Shown: positions 29,020-41,300 of the stretch, piece by piece | How the letters are laid out: every line of letters starts with the position of its first letter | Numbering within the stretch: the first letter of the stretch is position 1 | Assembly (NCBI GenBank): GCA_963663765.2 | Contig: CAXXUA010000015.1 | Coordinates: 96,001-160,000 of the forward strand | Reading direction: 5' to 3' | Origin: Candidatus Poribacteria bacterium | GTDB lineage: Bacteria > Poribacteria > WGA-4E > WGA-3G | Length of the DNA stretch: 64,000 nt | Made by a program: the position numbers and the translations under genes | Notes under the pieces: model-generated | The model's input: the letters and a program-made list of their open reading frames with translations, nothing else | Database searches by the model: none | Told to the model about the DNA's origin: nothing

Positions 29020-29130
29020 GGTAGGAGGGACCCCGGGAATGCCGTAAGGTATTCACACCGTTGATTTACTTGTCAGGACTGTTTTAATACATGGTCTCCA
29101 TACGGTCGCGACTAGCAGGTAGCTCCTACC
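29020..29130. repeat. Interrupted GTAG-REP palindrome with a nested GGGAATGCC...CCGTTGATTT insert
   Basis: GGTAGGAGGGACC...CGGTCGCGAC...CTCCTACC arms separated by an insert also seen at 44484 and 53994. Confidence 0.65.
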
Positions 29131-29200
29131 TGTGAAGTGGTAAATTAATTCCATTAATTACCATAAATGAAGAGTACTTGTTAAGACAATCTGTTTGTTC

Positions 29201-30061
29201 TTATTGAGTCATAAGATATTTTATTATCTGTGCAGCAACTTCAGCTTTTGGATCATTTTCGCGTTCTGTTTGAAAGACAATCGCTAATCTGCCACGATCC
29301 CCATCTCGTACAATAACAGGATCTGCTAAGGTCCCATGAGGATTCCCAGTATCGCTTGCAAGTATTTTTTCAGCATACCAATCATCTCCAAGTTCATCTA
29401 AAGGAAATGGTCTATCAGATCTAAAATGAACCATACTTGGAGCTAATCTACTACCTTCCGCTGTTACAAACATATCTATGTTGTGTTCATATACATTAAT
29501 CTCAATTTCAGGGAGGTCCATTAAGTTTTGCATAGCACCGCGCTCGTTGGCTGTGCTTTCCGTACTGTTATACCCAAAATAGTCCGCTTGATTCAAAATC
29601 GTGTCACCGTCTTTAGATTCAATCCAGTTTTCAACAACTGAACCATCGGGTTGGGCGTTTCCCGAGGGATAGATCGTAGAGGGTAGGGCACCGTAAAGTA
29701 TACAGACATTCACCAACCCATTGTCAGTTGATTGAACCATCCAATCTCTGACAACTTCCTTGCTTTCCGTTATCTCCACTTGAATATTCTCTGATTCTAA
29801 GAGAAATTTTGTCATTTCTGCTTCATTTTCTGCAGAATCTTGACTTATCCAAAACGTTTTACCTATAAAAATCAATACATCTATAGGACGGTCATTTGGC
29901 TCATCAGATATAATATCTGATGGTTTCTGCTCAACCACCTTTTCTGACAGTATTACATCCGGTGCAGGGAGATTCTGCTGTTGTTGTGTTTTATTACAAC
30001 TGGTAAAGGAGATCATACAACAAATTAAAGTAAATAGAACAAAATTCTGATATTTTTTCAT
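29201..30061 (-). CDS. Hypothetical lipoprotein
   Basis: Signal peptide with lipobox FTSC; intact 286-aa ORF. Confidence 0.75.
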   Translation of the reverse strand: MKKYQNFVLFTLICCMISFTSCNKTQQQQNLPAPDVILSEKVVEQKPSDIISDEPNDRPIDVLIFIGKTFWISQDSAENEAEMTKFLLESENIQVEITESKEVVRDWMVQSTDNGLVNVCILYGALPSTIYPSGNAQPDGSVVENWIESKDGDTILNQADYFGYNSTESTANERGAMQNLMDLPEIEINVYEHNIDMFVTAEGSRLAPSMVHFRSDRPFPLDELGDDWYAEKILASDTGNPHGTLADPVIVRDGDRGRLAIVFQTERENDPKAEVAAQIIKYLMTQ

Positions 30062-30184
30062 TTATTTTTTCCTTATTTTTATGTGTTTGGAATTATACTA
30101 TGCACTGATATATGGATGCAAATTTGATGTTGTAAAAAACATTTCACTTCATATATTCCTATGATGTGAGGATTGCGTTTTTTC

Positions 30185-30213
30185 TTGCCTTAGCATAATG
30201 CCAGTGGTATAAT
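30185..30213 (+). promoter_or_regulatory. Putative sigma-70 promoter of the pyrK-bioB-EndoIII cluster
   Basis: TTGCCT-17 bp-TATAAT with extended -10 TG. Confidence 0.6.
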
Positions 30214-30316
30214 AATGAACATTCGTATAGTATGGATACACAAAATCCGCATCCTAAATCTCAAAATTCTTGATTTTCATTATTTAACTGAATCGGTTTA
30301 AGACTATTACTGTGCT

Positions 30317-31114
30317 ATGAACACTTTTGATACACATACGCCTATCCTGTCAAACGAGAAAGTTGCAGAGGATCATTTCCTATTAAGTTGTGAGTGTTCT
30401 AAGATTGCTTTGTATGCACTACCAGGGCAGTTTGTCCATGTTCTGATTTCGCAAGGTTCTGATCTCTTACTTAGAAGACCATTTACTATCTATTCAGTAG
30501 ATGGTGAGGTAATAACTATGCTCTATCAGATAATCGGAGATGGAACACAAAGATTATCTGAAATGCCCATTGGTGCACCTATACGTGTACTTGGTCCGCT
30601 TGGAAATACGTTTGACTTGCGTAAGAATCCTGAACCTGCTATTTTAGTTGGTGGCGGTGCGGGTATTGCTTCCTTGATGTTGCTTGCTACGAACTTACGA
30701 AAACAGAATATTCAAACAATTGCTTTGATTGGAGCCCAACATAGTAGGCGCCTGTTAAGTATAAACGATCTGAAAGAAATTGGAGTTACGGTACATATTG
30801 CTACCGATGATGGAAGTGTTGGACACCACGGGTTTGTTACCACTCTACTAACTGATATTCTAAAAAATTATGACTTGAACAATCCAATAATCTATGCTTG
30901 CGGTCCCCTTGGCATGCTGGCTGCAACCTCAAAAATAACAACAGAATTCAATGTTCATACTCAGGTAGCTATGGAGAATCGAATGGGTTGTGCAATGGGG
31001 GTATGTCTTGGATGTGTTTGTCCAGTCCGAATTGATGACAATCTCATTGAGTATCAAAGAGTATGCACCGAGGGTCCCGTTTTTAACGCAACTGACATCG
31101 CTTGGGAAATATAG
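30317..31114 (+). CDS. pyrK: Dihydroorotate dehydrogenase electron transfer subunit
   Basis: PGQFV, LRRPF, GPLGN, VGGGAG, ACGP, and the 2Fe-2S motif MGCAMGVCLGC...VCTEGPVF. Confidence 0.92.
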   Translation: MNTFDTHTPILSNEKVAEDHFLLSCECSKIALYALPGQFVHVLISQGSDLLLRRPFTIYSVDGEVITMLYQIIGDGTQRLSEMPIGAPIRVLGPLGNTFDLRKNPEPAILVGGGAGIASLMLLATNLRKQNIQTIALIGAQHSRRLLSINDLKEIGVTVHIATDDGSVGHHGFVTTLLTDILKNYDLNNPIIYACGPLGMLAATSKITTEFNVHTQVAMENRMGCAMGVCLGCVCPVRIDDNLIEYQRVCTEGPVFNATDIAWEI

Positions 31115-31138
31115 CAAACAAAAGAAGAAGATAAAAAA

Positions 31139-32245
31139 ATGAAACCAACATTCTATCAAAATCTAACTAAGACAAGTCTTGATGGCGAACTACTATCAGA
31201 GGATTCCTGTGAACTGATATTATCTTCATCAGAAGTGGGATTGTTACCACTCTTAGACGCAGCGTATCAAGTCCGTAAAACTTATTTTCAAAGGACAGTC
31301 CAACTGCATATACTCAATAACGCACAAAACGGCAAGTGTCCTGAAGATTGCCACTACTGCGTTCAAGCGAAGACCGCATCAACAGAACTTGACTCTTATG
31401 CATTGAAACCTGAATCCGAAATACTCGCAGAAGCAGCACATGCATATCAGTCTGGTGCATATCGTTACTGCATTGTGATGAGTGGGCGCGGACCAAGTCC
31501 AAAACGCGTGACCCAGTTGGCAGAGATAGTGCAAAAAGTTAAATCACGCTTTCCAATTGAGGTATGTCTATCTGTTGGTTTGCTTGACGAATCCGCTGCT
31601 CACACCTTGAAAAAAGCTGGTCTTGACAGGTTAAATCACAATCTCAACACTTCCGAATCACATTATCCAAATATTTGCACCACACACACCTATCAGGACA
31701 GAATGGACACTTTACATGCTGCACAAACTGCTGGACTCGCATGCTGTTCAGGAGTCATCGTTGGAATGGGAGAGAAAAATGAGGACTTGATTAAGGTAGC
31801 AAAAGAACTCCGTAGACTAAAGGTCGCATCAATACCTGTGAATTTCTTCCTTCCGATTGATGGAACAGAATTAAACAGTACTTTAAACAATATACAACTT
31901 GATCATAAGACACCTTTAACCCCAAACTACTGTTTACGAGTATTATGTTTATATAGACTTCTAAATCCAGGTGCTGAGATTCGTGTTGCTGCAGGTAGGG
32001 AACATCATCTTCGTGATATGGAAGTTATGGCTCTTTACCCAGCAAATTCCATGTTTATGAAAGGATATCTCAATGCTTCAGGAAGTGAAGTATTGCGTAC
32101 ATTACAGATGATAGAAGATGCGGGTTTTGTTATTGAAAAGAATACAGAAATTACAGAGTTCATGCGTCAAACACAGAATGCAAAGAAAAATGTCGTGCTC
32201 AAAGAATTAGAATTGCTTCGTCCGCACATGGAATCTAATACATAA
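31139..32245 (+). CDS. bioB: Biotin synthase
   Basis: Radical SAM CPEDCHYC, NHNLNTS, IPVNF, IRVAAGRE. Confidence 0.93.
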   Translation: MKPTFYQNLTKTSLDGELLSEDSCELILSSSEVGLLPLLDAAYQVRKTYFQRTVQLHILNNAQNGKCPEDCHYCVQAKTASTELDSYALKPESEILAEAAHAYQSGAYRYCIVMSGRGPSPKRVTQLAEIVQKVKSRFPIEVCLSVGLLDESAAHTLKKAGLDRLNHNLNTSESHYPNICTTHTYQDRMDTLHAAQTAGLACCSGVIVGMGEKNEDLIKVAKELRRLKVASIPVNFFLPIDGTELNSTLNNIQLDHKTPLTPNYCLRVLCLYRLLNPGAEIRVAAGREHHLRDMEVMALYPANSMFMKGYLNASGSEVLRTLQMIEDAGFVIEKNTEITEFMRQTQNAKKNVVLKELELLRPHMESNT

Positions 32246-32281
32246 TTGGTTTTGTATTACAAATAAGACTACTTTTCCGAT

Positions 32282-32962
32282 ATGCAAATTGTTTATAAAG
32301 AAGATCTTCAAAAGAAACTACTTAATCTCTACCATCAACTAAAAAATCAGCACGGTACACTGAGATGGTGGCCAGCGGACACTCCATTTGAAGTCGCACT
32401 CGGTGCAATCTTAACACAAGCAACAGCTTGGCGAAATGTCGAGAAAGCGATAGGTAACCTCAAAGCTGCTAACGTCTTTACACCAGAGCAAATTCATGCA
32501 GTCACGCAAGACGAATTAGAAGAACTTCTCAGACCGTCCGGGTACTATAAAATGAAGACAAAAAAGGTGCGTGCTTATGTTGAACATATTATGAAACGCC
32601 CGATGCACGTGATGTTTAAGCAAGATGTTCCTAAACTCCGTGACGAGTTGCTATCCATTTACGGTGTTGGTCCTGAAACCGCAGACTCAATTATTCTCTA
32701 TGCTGCTGAAAAACCAAGCTTTGTCGTTGATACCTACACATATAGACTTTTTAGTAGATTGGGATGGATTAAAGGAAACTATCATTATGAAAGACTACGT
32801 GCTCTGTTCATGGATAATCTTTCTCACGATGTAGATCTTTTCAACGAATACCATGCATTGATCGTACGACATGGAGCGCGGGTTTGTAAGAAAACACCAC
32901 AATGTGAGACATGCAACATGCAAGCAATATGCACTTATTTTAATGCAAAAATGTCTCAATAG
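32282..32962 (+). CDS. Endonuclease III-like HhH-GPD DNA glycosylase
   Basis: GAILTQ, LLSIYGVGPETAD, VVDTY, and FCL motif CKKTPQCETC...C. Confidence 0.9.
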   Translation: MQIVYKEDLQKKLLNLYHQLKNQHGTLRWWPADTPFEVALGAILTQATAWRNVEKAIGNLKAANVFTPEQIHAVTQDELEELLRPSGYYKMKTKKVRAYVEHIMKRPMHVMFKQDVPKLRDELLSIYGVGPETADSIILYAAEKPSFVVDTYTYRLFSRLGWIKGNYHYERLRALFMDNLSHDVDLFNEYHALIVRHGARVCKKTPQCETCNMQAICTYFNAKMSQ

Positions 32963-32983
32963 GGTTAAGTGTTTGTACCTATG

Positions 32984-33105
32984 CAGGACTTACGCATCCA
33001 ACGGTAGGCGCGCTTTGTAAGCGCGCTGAAAACACAAATAAAGTTGAAGATTACATCATTTTCATCACAATTCTTGATTAAATCTTGAAAACTGCGTAAG
33101 TCCTG
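32984..33105. mobile_element. MITE family T3
   Basis: 13-bp TIR CAGGACTTACGCA/TGCGTAAGTCCTG; perfect 5-bp TSD CTATG; internal GTAGGCGCGCTTTGTAAGCGCGC. Confidence 0.93.
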
Positions 33106-33120
33106 CTATGGTTAGAAAAA

Positions 33121-33924
33121 ATGGATACAAAGTTTTCAATAGAACATCCTGGTGAAATAATAGAACACCCATTTCCACCAACGCGTCCCGATGTAAAGAT
33201 AGTTGAAAGTTCTGATCGGATATATGAAGTTGATTGTCAAGAGTTACAATGGTGGTTTGCTATCCCAAAAATGGGTGAAACCTATATGTGGGCAGAATAC
33301 GATGGTGCAACACATAAGTTAGATGCTGTCACAGAAATGATCCCTACCATGCAAGCATATATCCAAGACATTGAATGTGTTGAAATCCAATTTAATGAAT
33401 GGCTTGAAAAAGAGTGGCCCTCCTCACCTGATCTAATGTACGCAGCTATTGATGAAACACATACAAGATGGATTTCTGTTGTAAATACTATTGATGGTCA
33501 GCGGATATACAATACAATTGGGGACAGATGGTTTGAAGAACAGTGGGGTGGACCATGCAAACGCAAAATCGTTGATGACGGTCGTTATGAATTGCAAACG
33601 GATGGTTCATTCAAAATCTCAGATGGAGATGGTATTGGTGCGGGAACTTATGATGTAACAATAGGGAATAACACATTTCATTGTCTTCGAGTTTTAGAAC
33701 CTGATTTGGACGCTGAACATGGTGGTGAAATGTGTGAGGTCTATATTGAAGAAAGTGGACGAACAGTTTTCTTCAGACGATATGATGGACGTTTCCTTCG
33801 CGGTCATGATCTATTAAAGAAGTTTCCAAATAACCGACGTATTGTGATTGACAATATCGTTTATGTCCATAGCAATTGCACTGGTGGGTTTCACGATACT
33901 TTCACTCTTGCTTCTCTCGGATGA
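33121..33924 (+). CDS. Hypothetical protein
   Basis: Intact 267-aa ORF; resembles the C-terminal extension of some ECF sigma factors (from memory, unverified). Confidence 0.75.
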   Translation: MDTKFSIEHPGEIIEHPFPPTRPDVKIVESSDRIYEVDCQELQWWFAIPKMGETYMWAEYDGATHKLDAVTEMIPTMQAYIQDIECVEIQFNEWLEKEWPSSPDLMYAAIDETHTRWISVVNTIDGQRIYNTIGDRWFEEQWGGPCKRKIVDDGRYELQTDGSFKISDGDGIGAGTYDVTIGNNTFHCLRVLEPDLDAEHGGEMCEVYIEESGRTVFFRRYDGRFLRGHDLLKKFPNNRRIVIDNIVYVHSNCTGGFHDTFTLASLG

Positions 33925-34065
33925 TCTCCAAGTGTATTATGATGTTTTTTCTATCTTTTTCGTGAACAGCAACTCTAATTGTTGTAAGATTTGCAATGTT
34001 TTGAAAAGGTCACAGGGAGCGAAGTAGAGGTTTTGCTTGCATCAACAGGCGGCAGTGGGTCCGGT

Positions 34066-34149
34066 GGAGGTGATACCCCTGACGATGGAGGTGATACCCC
34101 TGACGATGGAGATGATACCCCTGACGATGGAGGTGATACCCCTGACGGT
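34066..34149 (+). repeat. Four 21-bp tandem repeats encoding a GGDTPDD linker
   Basis: GGAGGTGATACCCCTGACGAT x4 with single substitutions. Confidence 0.92.
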
Positions 34150-34287
34150 GGATGTGACGATGAGTTTGATTTGTTTTGGTCCACGATAGACTTTTTTGAC
34201 ACCACCGATTTGCCCACTCCTCCATCAGGCGGTGATTTCGGTGTATCTGGTCCCTTCACAGAAGGCATTGCGTCGAAAGAACCTTAT

Positions 34288-34409
34288 CAGGACTTACGCA
34301 CCCAACGGTAGGCGCGCTTTGTAAGCGCGCTGGAAACCGAAAAAATGCTGAAAATTACACCATTTTCGTCATAATTCTTCATCAAATCATGAAAACTGCG
34401 TAAGTCCTG
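34288..34409. mobile_element. MITE family T3
   Basis: 13-bp TIRs; perfect 5-bp TSD CTTAT; internal GTAG hairpin. Confidence 0.93.
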
Positions 34410-34637
34410 CTTATAAGACCCTTGGGGAGAGAAGTCTATATGATTTCGAGGGAGGAGAATGGAGAACGTTTAAAGTAAATGTGGCACATCCTGTGGAATA
34501 GGCACATTGGGATTATAAGCCAGAGGTAATCAGCTCATCAGGTGAAAATGTAGGCACATGGGAAAATATTGATTTTGAAGGTAATAAAATAGAAAAGAAA
34601 TAATTGTGAATTAAGTTAGTTATTTGAGGAGGTACTA

Positions 34638-35039
34638 ATGTGTTTTGTACTTGAATTCGTACCAGAAGGCGTTGACGACTTCCCTCTGGTGCTTCTATCA
34701 GATTCTACACCAGAGAAAGCTGAAAAGTTATCCCAAGCGTTAACCCCTCTGGTTACAGACAATAATTCAGTCGTAGATATACACACTTTACCTTTTGTCT
34801 CGCCAGTTGACGGGTGCAGACTATCAGCAATAGTTATTGATGAAGATATTGGTCCCATTCAGATAGGAAACACAAAAAATCATTTTACGTGGGAGTTGAC
34901 ATGTCAAAGTTGGGAATGGATATTAGCGTTATTAGGTCCTTTTACCGAACCAGATAGCCTTGGTTATCAATACCTTGACCCTAATGATCAAACGAGTGAT
35001 ATCTACGTTATATTTTCAGATTATTATAGGAATTGGTGA
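34638..35039 (+). CDS. Hypothetical protein, putative immunity protein
   Basis: GAGGAGGT RBS; small acidic protein immediately downstream of the toxin-like pseudogene. Confidence 0.6.
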   Translation: MCFVLEFVPEGVDDFPLVLLSDSTPEKAEKLSQALTPLVTDNNSVVDIHTLPFVSPVDGCRLSAIVIDEDIGPIQIGNTKNHFTWELTCQSWEWILALLGPFTEPDSLGYQYLDPNDQTSDIYVIFSDYYRNW

Positions 35040-35053
35040 TGCTACATTTGAAT

Positions 35054-35368
35054 TATAGTGAACATTGAAAATAATAGGACAAAGTCCCTGTAGGAGCGAT
35101 CTCCGAATCGCGAGTTAGCTCAGTGATAATCGGGAATCGGAGTTCCCGCCTACATCTTGAAGAGTGAGAGATGCCTAACCAACTAAGAATAGTGTATTCA
35201 AAGATTTTTTGCCAAAACAAATTATAAGTATGGTAAATATTGAAAATAATTATACAACACACTTGTAAGAACGACAACCGAATCGGACGAAACTCAATAA
35301 TAATAATTGGGAAACGGAGTTCTCTCCTTGAGTCCAAAAAGATCATATTAATTCTATAATCTACCATA
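35054..35368. repeat. Cluster of degenerate TATGGT...ACCATA MITE-like ends and GTAG-REP hairpins
   Basis: GTAGGAGCGATCTCCGAATCGCGA at about 35090; the right end ATTAATTCTATAATCTACCATA is identical to that at about 51782-51803. Confidence 0.5.
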
Positions 35369-35391
35369 TTACTGCCCATGGAGGTATAACG

Positions 35392-38300
35392 ATGTTTAAC
35401 CAGGAAAAAATCAAATTAGCTGTAGGAATTTTGTGTCTGACGCTTTTATTTGTGACAACTTCTGTAATAGTCCTTGCTCAAGATATAACAAGCGACGAGA
35501 AAATAATTGAACGTTACAAGCAAATGCTCAATCAAAAACCAAAAGAAGGAAGTACCTTTGATCGTTTATACCAGTTATATCTTGAAGGGGATGGCTTAGA
35601 AGCAATGCTGAAAGACTATCAAAAACAGGTTGAAGCAAAACCTAATAACGCCAACCTTCAACTAATTTTAGGACACATTTACAAACGACTTGGTAAAGAC
35701 AAGGAAACTCTCATTGCATATCAAAAAGCTGTCTCACTTGCACAAAACGATTATTATACTCATTTCGCTTTGGGACAGTTCTACTTGGTACAAAGACAGC
35801 ATGACGAAGCTATAAGTGAATTGACTCAAGCTACAACATTGTCCGAAAAGTCACAAACCATCTCACCCGAAGAACTTTCTGAAATCTACAAATCCCTTGG
35901 AAATGCATATTTTAGTCGTGATATGTTAGATGAAGCGATAAAAACTTGGGAAAAAATTGCCGATCTTGACCCACAGAACATCTTCGCACGAATTGAACTT
36001 GCCGATCTTTTCCGCGAACAAGAACTATATCAACAAGCCATTGCACAATACCAAACAATTATAGAGATAAAAAAAGATGATGCATATCGCAAATGTCTAA
36101 GTCTGAGAGAAATCGGTAAAATTCATGAAGCAACGGCTAATTATGATAAAGCACGAGATGCTTATGATGACGCATTAACTTTAACAACCCCAGGCAATTG
36201 GCTAAGGAAAGATTTGCAGCAACGAATCATTGCCATTTATTCCGCCGATGCAAATTGGAAAGAACTAATTTCTTACTATCAAAATAAACTTGAAACCAAT
36301 CCAAGCGACCCCGAATTACATGGTCTGCTTGCAGTTGCGTATATAGAAAACCAACAACTTGATGAGGGTATTAATTCCTATAAAAAAGGCTTGGAACTTG
36401 CACCGACAGACACCGGATTACGACTAAATCTAATAGACACATATCGTAATTCTGAAAAGTATACTGAAGCAGCAGCTGAATATGAAGTCCTTAGTGAACA
36501 ATATCCTGATGATTTTGGAATATATCGTGAACTCGGTAAGTTGTATGTTCAACTTGAAAATGTCAATAAAGCTAAAACTGTATATCAGAGTATGATTGAT
36601 CGTGATCCAACAAACGCAAGTACCTTCCTCACACTTGCAGAAGTATACACAGGTCACGAATGGACAGACGATGCAATAGCAGCCTATAAAAAGGCAATTA
36701 CGCTTGCACCCAACAATCTGGATTACATTGAATATTTTGGAGAATACTACTTCCGACAAGGAAATCGAGAGAAGGCAATTGAAACTTGGAATCTGATGGT
36801 TGCTAATGAAAAAGTTACTGCTGATAACTATGACCGATTAGCACGATTGTTAGAAACTAAAGCTTATTCTGATGAATCTATTGAAGCGAGTAGAAAAGCT
36901 GTTGAATTGATTCCAGATGCATATCGTTTCCGAGAAGCATTGGCAAAACGCCTGATGAACAACAAAAAATTTGATGAAGCACTAAAGCAATATACGGAAG
37001 CAATCAACCTTGCCCCTAATGCTTTTTTTGCAGAACAAATGGACTCACAACGCATCGAACTCTTTCGTCGTCAGGGAACTCTTGTCAAGAAAATTGAAGA
37101 AGTGGAATTTATACTTGAGCAACCTAATCTTTCAGCAACAGATAAATTTACAAACTTAAAACGTCTTGCAAAAATGTCACTGAAATTAGGTAATACTACC
37201 TATGGACTTGAAGTCTTGTTAAAGGCAAAAGAACTCCAACCAAATGACATAACTGTCAATAGATGGACTGCAGAGATATACATTAAACAAGGTAGAAGTG
37301 ACAAGGCAATCACAATTTATGAACACTTAACGGATATTGATAACACGAATGCACGAGAATACTATTCACACATAGCGAATTCTTATCTAAAAGGTTATGA
37401 TTTTGAAAAAGCAACTGAAGCTGCAAAGCAGGTCATTGCCCACAGTCCACGAAATCCTGAAGGACATCAACTACTTGCACAAATAGCAAAACAGTCAGAT
37501 GATTATGATTCAGCTGTTGAAAGTTACAAACAAGCAATTCGGTTGCGTCCAGATGGTATTGAAATTCGCATGGAACTCGCTGCTGTCCATAACCTAAACG
37601 GAAACACACATCAAGCAATAGCACAATACTGGCGATGTTGGGAATTAAGTGATAATGTAAGCGATAAACTCAATTATATCAAACCACTCACTGAAGCATA
37701 CTATGATTTAGGAAGACATGAAGAATTGGAAGAAAAACTGAAGCAAATGGTAAGAACAAATACCTCTGTAATTGCTCCAACTTTAGCACTTGCTCAGATA
37801 TATAAAGCTGAAGGGGATTTATCAAGTGCAAGATCCCAACTGGCACGCGCATTAGATAGACAACGTGATAATCAAGAATTACTATACCAACTTGTGGAAA
37901 TAAGTATAGACCTTGGTGATTTGCAGGAAGCATTGAATTTCCAGCAAAAACTTGTCCAAGCTGCACCGGACCCTATCCATAAACAAAGACTTGGGCAATT
38001 GTTGTTTGACGCAGGTCGCGAACAGGAAGCAATGCAGGCATGGTCACAAGTACTACATACAAAAAACCAGAGTTATGATGCTGAAATGAAACTGGCAGAT
38101 CTCTTGATACTACACGGCTTGACAGAAGAAGGATTATTTGCTTTAGACAATGCAGCTCAGAAAGTAAAAGGTACTGACATACATATTCAACTCTATAAAA
38201 TCGGTGCTAAACTTGTTGAAATAAACGAACCAGATAGAGCAATTCCACACTTTAAACGTATCTTAGAAATGGGTCCTCCCACTAAAGATCAGAGTTTAAG

Positions 38301-41300
38301 CAGTGCATCTAATAAAGTAAAAAATACTGTTTCTACTACATCCAATTCACCTCTGGTCACACAGATATCTGTAGTACCAGCTAACATTAACCCATTTACA
38401 TTGAGAAACAAACTTACCCTTGCTGTAAATCTTTCTCAAAGAATTCGACCTGACTATGGTTATAGTCAAAGTCAGGCATGGACCCCAAGTAGCTATGACG
38501 AAGCACAAGCCGGCGCGCTTGTTCAACTAAACGCTATCATGCAAGAAAAAGAAAAACTGGAAGAATTTGTATCCCAATTTGAGGAAAATGCTGCTAAGAA
38601 TCCAAAGGATACTCAGACTCTTGAGTTACTTGCACAACTATACCATCTGAATAGAAAGTCTGAAAAAATACAAGAAATTACTGATAGACTAATGGCTGCA
38701 TCACCGAATAAACCTGTATATCAGAGGATGCAATTGGAAGAGTTACTTACCGAAAAGGACTTTGATCTTGAGAAATATTTTGAGAAACTTGACAATATGT
38801 CATGGTTGACACCTGAATATCGACACCTGTATATTACAGATACTATCAGAAGATTTCAATCTCAAGGACGTACAGAAGATGCAAAAAAGCTCTTTAATAG
38901 TATTGAAAATGAGTTAATAGTCAATGACAAGAATGCAAATCTAATGGTTTCTATGTACATCGGTTTTGGAAAAATTGATGACGCAAAGAAAATTATAGAC
39001 CAATTGCATAAGACTTCTACAAAACCGATGTCTTCATCTATGTTTGATATGGTTGCACGAATGTATCTCAATGAAGGTGACATTGACCAAGCAGTTGCAA
39101 TGTCTAAGATGTACTTTGATAGTTCGATACCTCGTAAAATAAATCCCCGACGAACAACTTCTCTCGGTCCTTCAAATTATTCTCATGGTGGTTACCCTCA
39201 GATACAATACAATTTCCCGTCTCCCACAACATATTATGACTCCAGCCGTTTACAGTACCTACAGAGAGTCTTCAACAGACTTTGGATTATAAATGAACAT
39301 CAAAAACTATATGATGCGTTTCAATCTGATTGGGACTCTGCAAAAGGGATAGACCGTCTTTATCCTGCTTTAGCTATCAGTTACTGTTACTGGTGGGAAA
39401 ACAAACGGGAGGAATCACAAAAAATACTTGCAGATTTACAGAAGGAATTCCCAGAAGACCTTAACCTAAAGAAAATTGCTTTATTTGTTTCAATACAATC
39501 AGGTGGACACAAAACCGCATTAACTTTACTTAAGGCACTTTCGGAAGACGACCCAAGAAATAGACAACAATACCATGATTTAACGCTACAAATTGCCGTG
39601 CATATTGGTGATACAAAAACAGTTCGAGAGATGATAACAAAAATTCTCAGTTCACCAATCGGCGTCCGTGAATTGTATCAGTTTTCACAAAAACTTCAAC
39701 AAGCTGGATTAACGCAGTCTGCAATCGCTGTTGCACAAAAAACTATGAATTTAGCAATGAGAGAACGCGATCCCAATTTTCTCGTCCAGTTAAGCCAACA
39801 CTTGGAAGGACTCGGACGTGGAGTAGATGCGGCACGTATTGCAACACGCGCTTTACGTTTTTCCAACCAACGCAATCAGTCTGGTCAACCAATGCAATCC
39901 TATTACTTGCAGCAAGCATCAAGACTTGCTAATCGTTCCGTTCCTGTTGGTAACCCCGCTGCAAAGTTAGAAGAAGCAGTAAAGAAAAACCCAAATTCCA
40001 TACAAGCGCATCTGAAATTGGCTTCGTTTTATGAAAATAGAAATCAACCACAAAAAGCTTCAACTGCTTATGATGCTGTACTAAAACTACGACCAAAAGA
40101 TTACAATATAAGATATAGATATGCACAGATGTTGCAGCGAAATAGACTATCAAAAGATGCTGTTTCCCAATATATCATTCTGATGAAAGACCATAGTAAT
40201 TTCAACAGAATATATTCTAACTATTGGGATATCATGAGAACCTTTTTTGACGCAAACGAAACAGAAAAATTAGTTTCATTAGTCAAAGAATTAATTGATA
40301 GTGATAAAAACAAAAACTCAAGAACAATTGAGTTTGCAAGGAGAGCAGCACAGCAGTGCAGAAGTCAAAAAAAACTGGTAGAAGCTAAAGAAATCTATGA
40401 GAAAATCTTAGATATAGACACTTATGACAACACCACAAGTTTAGCAAGTGTTTATGCAGATTTAGGTGATCGAGAGAAAGCAATTACTCTCCTACAAGAC
40501 AAACTAAATATTGAAGATTATGTGTACCAAGTTAGAATATTAATACACCTCTCACAATACAATGAAGCATTGGACAGTATAAAAACCTTTGTTGTTAAGC
40601 ATGAGGTAAAGATCAATGATGAACAAGCCGAACCTTCTTTACTATATTTAGTAACTGTTGGGAAAATTATCATCGGTGATATACAAGGTTCAGACACAAT
40701 TTATAACAAACTAATTGAAAACATTACTTCCAAAAACAGATTGCAGTGGTTAAATACCATTGCAGATACATATCAAAAGAAAGGGGATGTTGATCGAGAA
40801 ATACTTACATTAACTGCTGCAACGAAAAAAATTGATACGAACAATACTTGGCAGCTATCGGATACATTTCGTAAACTTGGTAATGCTTATTCAAAAAAAG
40901 GTGATAAAGATAATGCAAAAGAGTACATTCAAAAAATGGGAACCTTAAGTCTCATGGCACGACAGGGAGCACCCCCTTCTTATGAAAAAGATAGGGTTGC
41001 AAGAACGTATATGGAATATGAAATGTGGGATGAAGCAGAAGTACTATTGACAGAAGTCATGAACGATCTAAATTCACAGCAATATTATCGGGAAAACGCA
41101 CAAAGACAATTAATGACAATACAACAGAGGCGAGGCGGACCTTCAACGAATCAGAATACTAATGCTGCTTCTAAGCGAATGAACATTCCCCTCCAACGTT
41201 CTATGGCACAACAACACATGCGTCAAAATCAGATTCCAGAGGCAATTCAGATTTACGAGCAAATTGCAAAGGTTTTACCTGAAGACCTTGAATCGCGCTC

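Larger units (their letters stand above)
33991..34603 (+). pseudogene. Polymorphic-toxin-like gene disrupted by a MITE and a TAG stop
   Basis: Removing the MITE and one TSD gives a continuous frame ...SKEPY-KTLGERSLYDFEGGEWRTF...H...*AHWDYKP...WENIDFEG. Confidence 0.6.
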
